Below are positions 29,190 through 43,796 of a stretch of DNA of 64,000 bases, one piece after another. A program made the position numbers and the translations under genes. Below the pieces are notes generated by a model that saw nothing but the letters and a program-made list of their open reading frames with translations, did no database searches and was not told the DNA's origin. The stretch is from Octopus vulgaris (Eukaryota), in the NCBI GenBank assembly GCA_951406725.2, contig OX597827.1, positions 14,756,001 to 14,820,000 on the forward strand. Reading direction: 5' to 3'. Every line of letters starts with the position of its first letter. Within the stretch, counting starts at the first letter, position 1.

Positions 29190-29221
29190 TATATATATAT
29201 ACATATATATATATATTTATA

Positions 29222-29449
29222 TAAATAAGGATAAGATCGTTAATTTAAAAATAAAATAACGATTTTATCAAGTGGTCAGCATGGAAAAATAACCTTCAAA
29301 GGTAATAATTATTTAAATTATAAATTAGGGTATATACGAGATACCACCATGCTGAAAATAGCAGCCATGAACTGACTCTAAAACTCTAAAAGCCATGGCT
29401 GCTATTTTCAGCATGGTGGGTGGTATCTCATAGATACCCTAATTTATAA

Positions 29450-29452
<3 letters not shown>
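29222..29452. repeat. (TA)n-embedded leader plus ~55-bp-arm hairpin
   Basis: Arms 29315-29369 and 29394-29452. The leader shares TTTTATCAA(G)TGGYCAGCAT...AAAAATA...CCTTYAAAGGT with 21958-22000. Confidence 0.88.
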
Positions 29453-29491
<39 letters not shown>

Positions 29492-30528
29492 AGAGAGATA
29501 AATCTTGATATTGGTGCTCTAGAATAAATAACATTGGTCCATCAACTTTGTACCATTATGTAAATGAGCTGTGTCAACCACAAGTCTCGATAACATTTTA
29601 ATAAATGCATTTCTGCTACTATCATCATCCTTAGTTTGGAAGGGAGAAAAGAGCAAATTGTTAGATTACTATGAAGCTAATTGATTCAGCAACTGAAAAA
29701 TGCCTTCTTGGGCCTGAATTTCACAATAATACCAAACACATATGAATATTTTTCCTTATATTTCTTTTCTTTATAATCCATGCTATACTGGTAGTCTAGT
29801 ACTCTAATACTAACTGGTACTAGTGCTATAGTCCTGTATCAATACTTTAGTGCTCCAGTACTGAATCGGTGCCCGAGTACTAGAGTAATGTATTGATAGT
29901 GTAGTATCAATACAATGCAAGGGAGATAAATCTTGATGATAGTTTCATACTTTCAGTTCCTTGGAGAACAGAAAACTTAGAAACCATAAGTTCGTTTCAT
30001 TTCCTTTTAATTGTGTCAAGCCTATGTCATTAGGTATAGTTCTCTGAATATCAATTCTCAAGGGAGAAACAAAACTCTCTCTTCTTTTCTCTCAAACAAA
30101 GAACAAGGACTTAAAATGCTAGGGTCTTCATTCCTCATTGATCAGCCTCTTCTACAAACTCTCATATGAACTGATTGTCACCAACACTGACCATCGGCCA
30201 GTTTACTCCAATTCTGGACTTTAGGCCTCATTATTTTAGATTAGTGGAGGGCAACACAGTAAGGGAATCTGTTTGGCGGTGAGCTGGTAGAATCGTTAGC
30301 ATGCCAGGCAAAATGCTTAACAGTATTTCTTCTGCCGCTACTTTCTGAGTTCAAATTCTGCTGAGGTTAACTTTGCCTTTCATCCTTTCGGGGTCGATTA
30401 AATAAGTACCAGTTACGCACTGGGGTCGATGTAATCAACTTAATCTGTTTGTCTGTCCTTGTTTGTCCCCTCTGTGTTTAGCCCCTTGTGGGTAGTAAAG
30501 AAATAAAGAAAGAAATATATCATGGCAC

Positions 30529-30710
30529 CAGTGGTGTATGGTGGGTGTGCTGCTATACCCAGTGCCACCAAATTTCAAGCAGGAGTATAACACAAGTTTT
30601 CTATTAAGATTTGTGATTAAATTAATGAGTAAGGTTAACATTTATAATGAATTTGCCATTTTCAATAGGTGTGCAGCACACACCTAGCACACCTGGAACA
30701 TAGGCTCCTC
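30529..30710. mobile_element. hAT-type MITE
   Basis: Perfect 8-bp TSD CATGGCAC (30521-30528, 30711-30718). Left end CAGTGGTGTATG; right TIR degenerate. Confidence 0.7.
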
Positions 30711-31004
30711 CATGGCACATACTTTACAACACTAAAGTGAAAAAATGTTAAATTACCATTTATTTTTTATTTGTGTCTATACTTTATTTTATTGGCGCCA
30801 AAAAGAAGAATGGCAGAGTAAACTTTGGCAAGAATTGAACTCAGAGTATAAAAGTTCATAAAACTAAATATTGCAAGGCATTTTGCCTGACACTCTAATA
30901 ATCCGTCTAGTCTGCAAACATCACTAAGTATTGCACAATACTTAAGTCAGGTTTTCATCTGTCTTTACATTCTGAGTAAATTCCATAGTCTTTTCAAATG
31001 ACTA

Positions 31005-31266
31005 TGGAATTTACTTGTGAGGGGTAGGAGAGTCCAGTTTGCTGGACATTGTTGTAGAGCTGAAAACGAGGCAATTTCTACTCTTCTCCTCTGGAAGCCA
31101 TCTACTCACAATACCAGAGGGCGCACACTCTCCTCCCTTGATGTAATCTCCACGGATACAGGCATCCAGCAGCAGGACCTCTGTAATGCTATGATGGACC
31201 GTGAAGTCTGGCGTAACATAGTAAATTCCATTGTCTTGACCACGGTCGAACAATGATGATGATGAC
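31005..31266 (+). mobile_element. RTE-like LINE 3' fragment (different family)
   Basis: RRVQFAGHCCRAENE..S.LLLWKP....RGR...AMMDREVWRNIV, then stop and (GAT)n tail. Confidence 0.82.
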
Positions 31267-32823
31267 ATTCTGAGTTCAGATTCCTCCAAGGTCGACTTTG
31301 CCTGTCATCCTTTCGAGGTCAATAAATTAAATACCAGTTGCATACTGGGGCCGATCTGACTGACTGGTCCCTTCCCCAAAAATTTTGGGCTTTGTGCCTA
31401 GAGTAGAATAGAATTTTTCGGGCCTTGTGCCTAAAGTAGAAAAGAATACTTAAGTCAGGTGAATTTCTTACATTAGTACAAGGTAATAAGACTTTTGTTA
31501 CCACCACAAGATCTAGTCCTTGCAACAGTGTTCTGGCTTGTGAGCCTCAATGGCTTTCAAAGCTATTGCAGCAGAACACAAGCCCCAAATAGGGCCTCCC
31601 ATACTGAGTGGGTTAAAGGATGGAAACCAGAACAATATAGACCACTTCTTCTCAGAGATAAAATGCTTAGTGGTGTTTCGTCGGTCTTTATGTTCTAAGT
31701 TCAAATTCTGTTGAGGTCAACTTTGCCTTTCATCATTTCAGGATCGATAAATTAAGTACCAGCTGCATACTGAGGTCGATCTAATTGACTGGCCCTCTCC
31801 CCCCAAATTTCAGGCCTTGTACCTTCAGTAGAAAAGAATATTTATATCAACACTAAGGTGGCAAGCTGGCAGAATCATTAGCACACCAGGCAAAATGTTT
31901 AGTGGTATTTCATCTGTCTTTACGTTCTGAGTTCAGATTCTGCTAACACACATACTCAGACAAAAACTTATGTTGCAAAAGTGTAAATGACAATCCCAAA
32001 CAAACAAAACTTAGAACAGTGGAGAACGGAGAAAAGTTATCACTGGCCAATGCACTGCAGAGAGTGAAAGGTTTTACATGAAATTAAATAAATAATGCTT
32101 TTGGAAACAAAATATAAGGAAATAATCGATTAAACAATTGAAAAATGTAAGACCCCAACTGGTTTTTTAAGACTCTACTTTCAAAGTGTTTACTGGAAGA
32201 ATGAAAGGCAAAGTCCACTTTGGTGAGTTTCATCTTACAATGTAAGGGGACATAACAAAAATACTGAAAGGCATAATGATAATTTGATATTAATTACTGT
32301 CAAGGACACAGTATTTCATTTTACATCCAGCATACACTTCCAAGCATATCACAGGTCTACAAGTCAAAATTGTGTCTCATCCTGTGTTAGAAGGGCGATA
32401 TTCTTACTTTTAAATTTCTATCTCTAGATTGACTAAAGAATTCATAGTCAGCATTGCAGAACATCATAATTTGCAGTGGAAGTTCAGAGTTCTATATAAA
32501 ATTTATGGAGATAAACTTAAAAGTGAGAATAACAATTTTCTACATAGACAGAATGATAGAAATTTAGCAGGGAAGGAACAATCAATCAAATCAAATCCAG
32601 TGTTTGACTGGTTCTTTATTTCATCAACCTTCGCAGTATAAAATGCTAAGTTGGCTTCAGTGGGGTTTGAACTCAAAATAACATAACTAAATGCTGCAAA
32701 GCACTATTCTACAAATTCTGCTTTTATATTTGAGAAGAGTGAAACAATAAGTTATGAATTCCTTAAACCATTTTTTCAACCAAGTACATTGCTAATGTAA
32801 AACAGATATCCTGATGTTAGGAA

Positions 32824-34553
32824 GTTGTCTCCCTTGACTCTTGCTCTCCACTTCAAGATTTTCTGCCATTCTGTTAAGTTTCATTCATTGTTTGAGGATT
32901 ATGTCAAATACTACTTCCAAGATTATCATTTATATAGCTATGCCCCTCTCTATTTGACAAATATATATTTGACAAATACATACTGTCAACCAAGGAGGAC
33001 AAAGAGAAAATACTGGGTTTGATATAACCGTTAACAAGAAGGGTATCATGCTAAAATTACCTCACATAGTTTGGACACAGGAATACAAGATATAATGGTG
33101 CATGCAATTAATAATATAATATAATGAAATTATTGTATACAGTGCTCAGGTGCACCACAACTTGTCAAACGTGCATATAAAGTATATTATATTATGTTAT
33201 ATTATATTATATTATATCATATTATATTATATCATATTATATTATATTATGCAATTAAATAGCTAAAACTATTTGCTGAAAACAAACACAAGGCTGGTAA
33301 TTTTTATTATTCTTTTCAGTCAATTGATTACCTTAAATTGGCACTTATTTTAATCAGTCCTAAGATGACAAAAGGCAAAGTTGACTTCAATGGGATTTGA
33401 ACTCAGAACACAGACATCGGAATAGATATCATGAGACATTGTATCTGATGCCATAGCAACACTGCCAGTTAAACACCTAAATGCAAAGTCTTGATAGATA
33501 ATTATTTTTCATTCATCCAGTGAAGTAAATTCTTGATAATTTCCCGTAGTTTAAATTGTCTTTTATTTTTATCATTTATCATTTCCTTGCTTTAGTCATT
33601 AGACTGAAGCCATGCTGGAGCACCACCTTGAAAGATGTGGTCAAACAAATTGACCCCATTACTTACTATTTTTAAGTATTTAGGTGTTTAAACTGGCAGT
33701 GTTGCTATGGTATCTGACACAATGTCTCATGATATCTATTCCGATCTCTGTGTTCTGAGTTCAAATCCCATTGAAGTCAACTTTGCATTTTGTCATCGTA
33801 GGACTGATTAAAATAAGCGCCAATTTAGGGTAATCAATTGACTGAAAAGAATAATAAAAATTACCGGCCTTGTGTGTTTATTTTCAGCAAATAGATTTAG
33901 CTATTTAATTGCATAACCGTACATATCTCTATGAGAGATTTAGAAATTTAATATTTATAATATAATATAATATAATATGATATAATATAATATAATATAA
34001 TATAATATAATATAATATAATATGATATAATATAATATAATATAATATAATATAATATAATATGATATAATATAATATAATATAATATAATATAATATGA
34101 TATAATATAATATAATATAATATAATATAATATGATATAATAAAATATAATATAATATAATATAATATGATATAATATAATATAATATAATATACTTTAT
34201 ATGCACGTTTGACAAGTTGTGGTGCACCTGAGCACTGTATACAATAATTTCATTATATTATATTATTAATTGCATGCCACATTGTATCTTGTATTCCTGT
34301 GTTCAAACTATGTGAGGTAATTTTAGCATGATACCCTTCTTGTTAACGGTTCTATCAAACCCTGTATTTTCTCTTTGTCCTCCCTGGTTGACAGTATGTA
34401 TTTGTCAAGTATATATTTGTTAAATACAGAGGGGCATAGCTATAAAAATGATAATCTTTGAAGTAGTATTTGACATAAGCATCAAACAAGGAATGAAACT
34501 TAACAGAACGGCAGAAAACCTTGAAGTGGAGAACAAGAGTCAAGGGAGACAAC
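32824..34553. repeat. Large inverted duplication (arms 32824-33482 and 33678-34553, ~195-bp spacer)
   Basis: Near-identical spurious ORFs on opposite strands (32825+ and 34555-). Arms include unique DNA, a CR1 tail, an ATATT microsatellite (expanded in the right arm) and a SINE piece. Confidence 0.93.
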
Positions 34554-35748
34554 ATTCAATCAGTCCCTTTTGCCAAACCACTAAGTTATCAGTACATAAA
34601 CACAAATACTAGTTATCATGTGATGGTGGAGAACCAACTCAAAGACACACACCAATGATCACAAGTTCAGCACTCCCAACCACTAGGTCACAGGCCTTCA
34701 CATCCCTCACATCACCTCCAATAGGTTCCAACAATATTCCCCTTCAACTTTTACCCATGATAGTCTCTCACAAATATTCTAAAAAAGAAAGATAAAGAAT
34801 ACAGTAAATTCTTCATTTACTAAAATTTCAAATCCAAACAAGCTGGAATGTGTCGTAAGCAAAGAGCAATTACTTGAAATTTAAAAAGAATAATAATTAG
34901 ATAAAATATTCAAAATACTATAGAGAAATTTTTTTGTTTTTTTTTTAAAGTGTTATGTAAAACCAAGCAGGATTAATGACAACAGAAAAAGCTCACACAT
35001 TTCGCCAGATACTTAAAGGCTGGAATAATCTTTTATGAGGATAATCTAGTGCTTAGGATACACAAAGAAAATTTTAAACTAATAGTAACTTTCTATTTCA
35101 AAAAAAAAAAAAACAAGTAATGATGTGAAGTGCCTTATTGAAACTCCCGAGTTTCATAATGCTAAGGAATTTATTTGAAATTTCTCTAGAAAATATATTT
35201 ACACAAATATGAATGTAATTCTCTTAAGAGAGTGATATGAATATTTAAAAGGTATTGTCAAGTAATCTTTATAATAATTTTTTCTACTCTAGGCACAAGG
35301 TCTGAAATTTTGGGGGAGGGGGCTAATTGATTAGATCGACTCCATTATACAACTGGTACTTAATTTATCAACCCTGAAAGGATGAAAGGCAAGGTTTTTA
35401 ATAGCCTATTGGCTCACCATCAAGGATAATATCTTTGGAGTGTATGTTTTGGATTAACCAATGTGGTGGAAGCAGTGCTGGATTTTGGACAAATGCAGCC
35501 CTGTGCTAATTAAGTTATGAGGCCCCTTACTTGGGGACCCCTTTACTTATGAAGGCCCTTCATTGGTCCCTTTATGTTAAATAATAATGTGTAAAAGAGT
35601 TCACATTATTAATTTCACTTTTATAACTTTTAGAAAAAAACATCTGAATTCGAATGATTGACATTTGAAAAATTCATCCTAAAAATTTGGTGGGAGGCAG
35701 GAAAATGTCCCACTGCCCCAATCAACAGAGTCCTGTGCTTAAGCTCAC

Positions 35749-35818
35749 CTAAGCACAATGGTAAATCTGGTACTGTGTGCAAACCATCTGTTTCAAAGCA
35801 ATATGGTTTGGTCAGCAA
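35749..35818 (-). CDS. Weak candidate internal exon
   Basis: Good donor G|GTGAGC, weak acceptor. Reads LLTKPYCFETDGLHTVPDLPLCL+G. Phase 0 to 1 would link the upstream exons to either candidate terminal exon. Confidence 0.25.
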
Positions 35819-37646
35819 CTGAACTATTGTTGTAATGTTGGTTCACAAAAATCATGCCACTTTATTTCAGTACCTGAACCACACGATTATAAATCAATGT
35901 TATTTGTCCATGAGGTCTGTAATGGGGCACTAGGCTTACATATTGGAGAGATGTCTAAAGTTTATGTTTTGCAGTAAATAAATATTACTGATATTGTTGT
36001 ACTTCAGGATGGTAATTAATTTATATACATTTTTTACACCAAATAAACATACACACTGTATATTCATTCTTCACTCATTTTTTTACCATTCTTATTTTAA
36101 CTCATACCTATTGTCCAGAAATCTTTTTTTGTCACACATTTGTGACCTCTTCAGTGACACTTTCCATCTTTGTGTGTGCTCTTGCTTGGCTTAGCCCTTT
36201 CTGTTCTATGACGTGTATCCTTATATGTGCATACTGAATATTTGTAATATTCTCTAGTACACTCTCTGTACAATGTCTACCTATTTCATATTATCTTCAC
36301 TATTTGTAAACATAGCATAATTTTAGACATAGCATATACTATTATAATATCTTGTAATATTTATATCACCTTTATATTAGGTGGTAAGCTGGCAGAAATG
36401 TTAGTATGCCTGGCGAAATGCTTAGCAGTGTTTCATCTGTCTTTATGTTCTAAGTTCAAATTCCGCTGAGGTCAACTTTGCCTTTCATCGTTTCAGGGTC
36501 GATAAATTAAGTACCAGATGCATACTGGTGTCGATCTAATTGACTAGCCCCCTACCCCAAAATTTCAGGCCTTGTACTTTGAGTAGAAAAGAATATTTAT
36601 ATCAACACTAAGGTGGCAAGCTGGCAGAATCATTAGCACACCAGGCAAAATGTTTAGTGGTGTTTCATCTGTCTTTACGTTCTGAGTTCAAATTCCGCCA
36701 AGGTCCACTTTGCCTTTCATCCTTTCGGGGTCGATTAAATAAGTACAAGTTACACACTGGGGTCGATATAATCGACTTAATCCATTTGTGTATCCTTGTT
36801 TGTCCTCTCTGTGTTTAGCCCCTTGTGGGTTGTAAAGAAATAGGTATTTCATCTGTCTTTACATTCTGAGTTCAAATTCTGCTGAGGCTGACTTTGGCTT
36901 TCATCTTTTCAAGGTCGATAAAACAAGTACTATTTGAGTGCTGGGGTCAATTACATCGACTTAGCCCCTCACCCAAATATTGCTGTTCTTGTGCCAAAAT
37001 TTGAAACCACTAAGGCGATGAGTTGGCAGGCTTCATTAGCAGATGGGGCAAATTGCTTAGTGGCATTTCATTCGTCTTTACATTCTGAGTTAAAATTCTG
37101 CCAAAGTGGACTTTGCCTTTCATCCTTTCACAGATGATAAAATAGATACCAGTCAAACCCTAGATTTGATGTAATCGACATGTCCCCTTCCTGAAATTGC
37201 TGGCATTGTGCCAAAATTTGAAAACAATATCTATATCAGTACTGTAGTTTGACTGATTAGATCAAGTATGCTACTAATACATAGATAGGAAGTATAGATG
37301 ATGAGAAGGCAAGTGCCTTTGATTTAGAACTAAAAACAAAGGCCTCTGGTTCTATTTCAGTCAAGAATTATATTCATATAGGGACATATAACACCTGATG
37401 ATCATCATAAATCTGATATACCCTCTTGGCAAATTATGACGCTTTCATACAATCTCTACTATATTTAAGCATAGCGTAATTTTTAAACAATGCATATACT
37501 ATAATAGTCTTGTTTTGTTAGTATTTATATCAGTAGTATGTTTTATCACGTATGCTAGTGATGCATGCACCAGTGGTATAAGTTATAAGAAGGTTTACTA
37601 CCCTTGGTTTATAACAGACATAGTCAAATCTTTTGAGAAAGATGCT

Positions 37647-37984
37647 ACATGAGGCATGGCTTATTGTTAGGCCAGCCACACTACTAAAAAAAATAATTAA
37701 TGGTAGTTTCTTATTAGGCATCAGAAGGTCCTGCAGATTACAAGTTGTCCATGACTGATTCGGAAACGGAGCAAAAGTCCTTGGTTCTAATCCAGTCAAG
37801 TACTGTGTATGCATCCACATGAGGCATGGCTTATAATTAGAAAAGCCACACTACTAAAAAAAATCGAAGGTAGTTTCTTATTAGGCATCAGAAGGTTCTG
37901 CAGGTCACAAGTTGTCCATGACACGTTTGGAAACAGAACAAAAGTTCTTGGTTCTAATCCAGTCAAGTGCTGCGTATGCATCCA
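37647..37984. repeat. Tandem duplication, 2 x ~170 bp
   Basis: Units start ACATGAGGCATGGCTTAT at 37647 and 37817. A decayed partial copy lies near 37320-37370. Confidence 0.9.
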
Positions 37985-38080
37985 TAAATAACAGACTTGA
38001 TAGTGATTGGTGATCAAACCAAGTAAGATTTGTGTAAATGTAAATATCTGTTTATTGCTAATATGATCATAAGTTTTGAG

Positions 38081-38395
38081 TGGCCCAGTGGTTAGGGCAG
38101 CGGACTCGCGGTCGTAGGATCGCGGTTGTAGGATCGCGGTTTCAATTCCCAGACCGGGCGTTATGAGTGTTTATTGAGCGAAAACACCTAAAGCTCCACG
38201 AGGCTCCAGCAGGGGGTGGTGGCGATCCCTGCTGTACTCTTTCGCCACAACTTTCTCTCACTCTTTCTTCTGTTGGCCTGCTTACTTAGCCAGTGGGGTG
38301 GCATCATTTGAAGGCTAAAACAATGCGTAGCGCATTGTGACCAGCGATGTGTAGCAACATCTGATAACCTGGTCAGTCACGGTGATCACGGTGAT
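38081..38395 (+). mobile_element. SINE with family C head and body but a different 3' tail
   Basis: Identity to family C ends after CTTTCTCTCACTCT; tail ends CACGGTGATCACGGTGAT. Direct repeat ATGATCATAAGTTTTGAG at 38063-38080 and 38394-38411. Confidence 0.88.
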
Positions 38396-38819
38396 GATCA
38401 TAAGTTTTGAGGTTATCAAACTCATATTAAATAGTCCTAAAATTTATAATCATATTAGCAATAAATCATTTCAAACGTTTGCAGCATAATGATATTTACA
38501 TCCCAAGTTCAATATCCATATTCAATAACCTTATTTAGTAGCTTAATAAGGACAACCCAGGTTCAATATCCACAGTATGAGACCAATATACTTCTATACC
38601 AGTGAAATCATCAGCAGCATCATTGTTGTTGTCATTATCATTTAATGTCTGGCTTCCATGCTGCTATAGGTTGGATAATTTGTGACGGTCTGACAAGTCG
38701 CAGGACTGCAATCCTATGTCAATGACTACAGTGGCATGGCTTCTATGACGAGGATGTCCTAGAGGCAAATCGCAAATCTATGTTTTAGTTTGTTTTGTTT
38801 TGGTTTTTATTTTCTATGT

Positions 38820-39208
38820 GGAAGCACTCCGTCGGTTGCGATGACAAGGGTTCTGGTTGATCCGAATCAACGGAACAGCCTGCTCGTGAAATTAACGTAT
38901 AAGTGGCTGAGCACTCCACAGACACGTGTACCCTTAACGTAGTTCTCGGGGATATTCAGCGTGACACAGAGAGTGACAAGGCCGGCCCTTTGAAATACAG
39001 GTACAACAGAAACAGGAAGTAAGAGTGAGAGAAAGTTGTGGTGAAAGAGTACAGCAGGGATCACCACCCACCATCCCCTGCCGGAGCCTCATGGAGCTTT
39101 TAGGTGTTTTCGCTCAATAAACACTCACAACGCCCGGTCTGGGAATCGAAACTGCGATCCTACGACCGCGAGTCCGCTGCCCTAACCACTGGGCCATTGC
39201 GCCTCCAC
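38820..39208 (-). mobile_element. SINE family C with TSD
   Basis: ATTTTCTATGT at 38809-38819 and 39209-39219. Confidence 0.92.
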
Positions 39209-39269
39209 ATTTTCTATGTAGAAGGCAAACGTCTATAAACATCTTCATTAAATACATCATTCGATATCC

Positions 39270-39780
39270 TACATTCTTTACTCGGATCCAAATTTTTCCC
39301 AAGCAGAATCGGTTATTTCCATTTATAACACAAGCTGAAGCTTCCTGGGTTTTGCTTATGAACTCAGCAACCCAATCTACACTCAATTAGCTTCACCACT
39401 GATTAGGTCGCTTCATAACAGATCTGCTATTTCCAATGATTTACTGATGCATAAGCACTGCCTTTGCGAATGGACTAACTGACCTATCTTTGGTTACCGT
39501 TTCACATTATGGAACATTCTATTGGAAGGCTGCTTTGTACGTGTGTGAGTGTGTAATTGCGTGAGTGTATATTCATGGTATTGTATTATTGGAAACAATT
39601 CTGTTAATAATGTTTACCTATCTCTAGCAAAGATCTGAGGTGATAATGCTTACCGTTTTCTTCCATTATTGGTAACTGGATATTGTTATTCTTTGTATTA
39701 GACTTTGGCACTTTGGATTATTTCACTGCTGAAAAAAATAAGTTTTCCATGAAAGTACGATTATTGTAGGTGCGTCTTCA
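39270..39780 (-). pseudogene. Highly decayed CR1/L2-like reverse-transcriptase fragment
   Basis: DWVAEFIS....VINGN resembles the W..FL..R...V.ING segment that precedes the GVPQG motif. Heavily disrupted. Confidence 0.35.
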
Positions 39781-39850
39781 TCTTTTGTAATATAAAGGAA
39801 TGTATATGTTTGTGGGTTCTAAATAACTTATCTAGCTATATATATATAAA

Positions 39851-40283
<433 letters not shown>

Positions 40284-40304
40284 AAAAAAAATATATATAT
40301 ATAT

Positions 40305-40376
<72 letters not shown>

Positions 40377-40694
40377 TATTTGAGGGAATAAAATCCAAAC
40401 TTAACTAGGGTCTGTCTATAGAACTTATTCAGCATTACCTGACACCTTTGGGTCTCAATGACACCATTATCTCTTATTACCTACACATTTATACATACTC
40501 ACACATATACCTTCATGGAGATTTAGTAGACCAAATTTATTCACAGGGCATTGGTCAACCTAGTGCTACAGCAGCACACACTTGCCCAAGGGACCACACA
40601 GTGGGACTAAGCTCATAATGGTGTAGTTGAGATGTGGACTTCTTAACTGCATACAAACATATGAAATATGTTTCTTTATTAGCCACACAGGTCT

Positions 40695-41265
40695 GCACAC
40701 AGACGGGACAGATTACAAAGTAGAGCTTTTCTTTTTGGGGGAGAGAAAAAAGAAGAAGAAAAGAGGGTTGGGTAGGTTTTCGATCAAAAGGGATCGTAAA
40801 AGGGAAAGAAGAAAAAAAAAGGGGGAAAAAAACGATCAATAGGGATCGTGTATCACAGTGTCATGATGTAAAGTGTAAAGGGGGAAGCAGATAAGGTTTA
40901 TCCGTGGAAAGAAAAGCCTAGGAAAAGACCACAGTAACCTCGGTCAATAATGTTACATGTTACCACATTTGTTTGCAAGTAGGTAACCCTCTGTTTTAAA
41001 TTTTCCGGGTTCATAGGATTATGCTCAAGGTGGCTTTGTCATTCATACGTGCCATCCTTGCTACATTCACCCATCTTCTTTTGAAACATTCGCTAGACAA
41101 AACTTGCCTCTCTACTCTCACTTTCCTTTTGAAGTGATACTTAAAAAAGTTAATGAGAGATTGACCAGAGAGGAAAGTGTTTGTCTCCAATCCTTTCAGA
41201 CGCATCCACCAGATACATTCTTTCGCTATAGCCACAAGGATGATGAAAATAGCTCTTCCTTCTAA
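40695..41265 (-). mobile_element. L1/Tx1-like LINE 3' fragment
   Basis: ILVAIAKECIWWMR...F.RRW fits the L1/Tx1 ORF2 C-terminus. Followed by a pyrimidine-rich 3' UTR. Confidence 0.65.
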
Positions 41266-42954
41266 ACATATGAAATATACAAGCATACATTATATTTACG
41301 TGTGGGGTCACTACGAATGTGAATCTGAGAGAGGAATATGTTAAATAAAATCATAATTAATTGATCCTCTTGTATTCTCTTTTACCCAAAGCCAGGAACT
41401 TTTCAGTATCCCCTCGTATAAAGCTTTAAATACAAACATGCATTATATATAAAAGGGAGTGCTGAAAATTTCCTGCTTCAAGAGTATCTGTAGAAAGGCT
41501 GGTTCGAGGCCCATCCATCCAAGTTCTTTTATAGGGCTTTGAAAAGCTGAAGGACTGCTGCAATAAGTGTGTGTGTCTGAGAGCGGAATATATTGAACAA
41601 AATCAAAATTAATTGATCCTCCTGTATTTCATAAGGGCCAGTTTCCCGGTTTCTTAGTGTATAGGTTCCCCACCTGGACGGGACGCCGGTCCGTCGCAGG
41701 TGAGCTGCAAAATGCAGGAGGAAAGAGATTCGAACCTGCGATCCCTCGACCGGATACATTTGCAACACCTAACTCTCCAACACATATCCTAATAGACTTA
41801 CACTAATAGACTTGTAACTTCTCACAATAGCAGAATTAAACACAGAAACAAGCGTTAGTTTTTGTTTTTTTTCAATTACTTATGCCACCAAACCCTAAAA
41901 GATACACCACACTGTAAAAAGATTACAGACCACACGCAAATATTATACTTTTTCTGATTGCCATTATTACTATATCTATTTTTTAAAAATTTCACCATCA
42001 TCATCATCATCATCATCATTATCCTCATCACCACCACCATCATCATCATCATCATCATCATTGTCATTGTCGTTATCATTGCCATAGTTATCAGTGTTGT
42101 TGTTGTCATCATCAACATCATTGTTTAACATGCATTTGTCCCGGCTCGCATGAGTCAGACGGAATCTGGCAAGGCAGAGTTCCTACAACTGGATGCCTTT
42201 CCTGTTGCCCAACCCTCACCAGCTTGTTTCCAAGCAACGTAATATTTTCCAGTAGCTGGACATGTTTTCACGGAAGACTGAAAATGAGCAACACCTTTCA
42301 TTTAATACAGTCTGCAAAAATATTGCCGTGACTTATGATACTCTTGTAGTTGATCTGAAAGCCTATGCAATACAATGATTAAGATGAGACACCATATTAG
42401 CAATGGCAAATCTGCAATTGTGTTAGAAGATAACAGCCAATGCGGATCTTTTCGCTTTGACCTACAGATTTTTAAAATAATTTCTTTGTAACTAAACACT
42501 TTTAAACTTCGTATACTGGTAGAATGTGTTTATAAAACATTTTTTTCTCTTGGCTTTCTTGAGAAAATTCTGTAGTTTGTAAGCTATTTCTTGTTTATTT
42601 TCTTGCATTTCGGCAATTTCAACCAATCAATGACGTCTATTGAGGTGAATTCAATATCCCCCAATGCAATATAAGTCTTAGGGTTAAGACTAGACTCTGT
42701 AACACCAATGTCAAATATGCTCCAATGTATGCTTTCCAGGAGACATGATTACAATCAAAGCTTTTTCTTAATGGATACCTGAAGAAAGTCTGTTACATCT
42801 TATGGTGCAACAAATTGTCAATTGAGGAACTGTACCACAAAGCTGGTTGTGAAAGTGTGGTCCTTGAAATAAAATTTCTGACAGCTCATATGAATGGATA
42901 ATGCTCTCAGAATGGACCGGGACAGGGTTGCTTAAGGTGGCATTATAATAGAAA

Positions 42955-43530
42955 AGAGCACCATCCAAGCGTGATTGTTGCCAGAGCGGCCAACTGGCTT
43001 CTGTGCCGGTGGCATGTAGGAGGCACCATTCAAGCGGGATTGTTACCAGTATCACCTTACTGGCACCTGTACCGTTGGCATGTGTAAACAAATTCGAGCG
43101 AGGTCGTAGCCAGTACCGCATGACTGGCCCCTGTGCCTGTGGCACGTAAAAGCACCCACTACACTCTCGGAGTGGTTGGCATTAGGAAGGGCATCCAGCT
43201 GTAGAAACTCTGCCAGATCAAGACTGGAGCCTGGTGCAGCCATCTTGTTCGCCAGACCCCAGTCAAACCATCCAACCCATGCTAGCATGGAAAGTGGACG
43301 TTAAACGATGACGATGATGATGATCATCATATTCATCTAAAAAGCATCAAATAACACCTGACATCATCATCATCGTCATCATCGTTTAACGTCCGTTCTC
43401 CATGCTAGCATGGGTTGGATGGTTCGAACGGGGATGTGGGAAGCCAGAAGGCTGCATCAGGCTCCAGTCTGATCTGGCAGTGTTTCTACAGCTGGATGCC
43501 CTTCCTAATGTCAACCACTCTGTGAGTGTA
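42955..43530. mobile_element. Two RTE 3'-end elements tail-to-tail (42955-43325 +, 43363-43530 -)
   Basis: (GAT)n tail, ~40-bp spacer, then (CAT)n and the reverse-complement tail. Confidence 0.85.
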
Positions 43531-43796
43531 CAGACATAGAACAGTTAAAAGTTAGCTGAGAGAAATGGATTTTGATATGGAACGAGGCAAAGAGTTTATA
43601 AAGATCAGTTTGAAGAATATCAAATAGGTAATGTCTTATTTTCTTCTAGGAGAGTAGAGCAAATAAATAACGAAAAGTCCTTGCAGTGAAGAGAAGGAAA
43701 CATAGGTTTAATAGTTAATGTTAATAAAATCTAGTTAGGGCAAAAAATGGGGAGACAACTGCATAATTTTAATTAAATTTGAATTATACATAGAGT

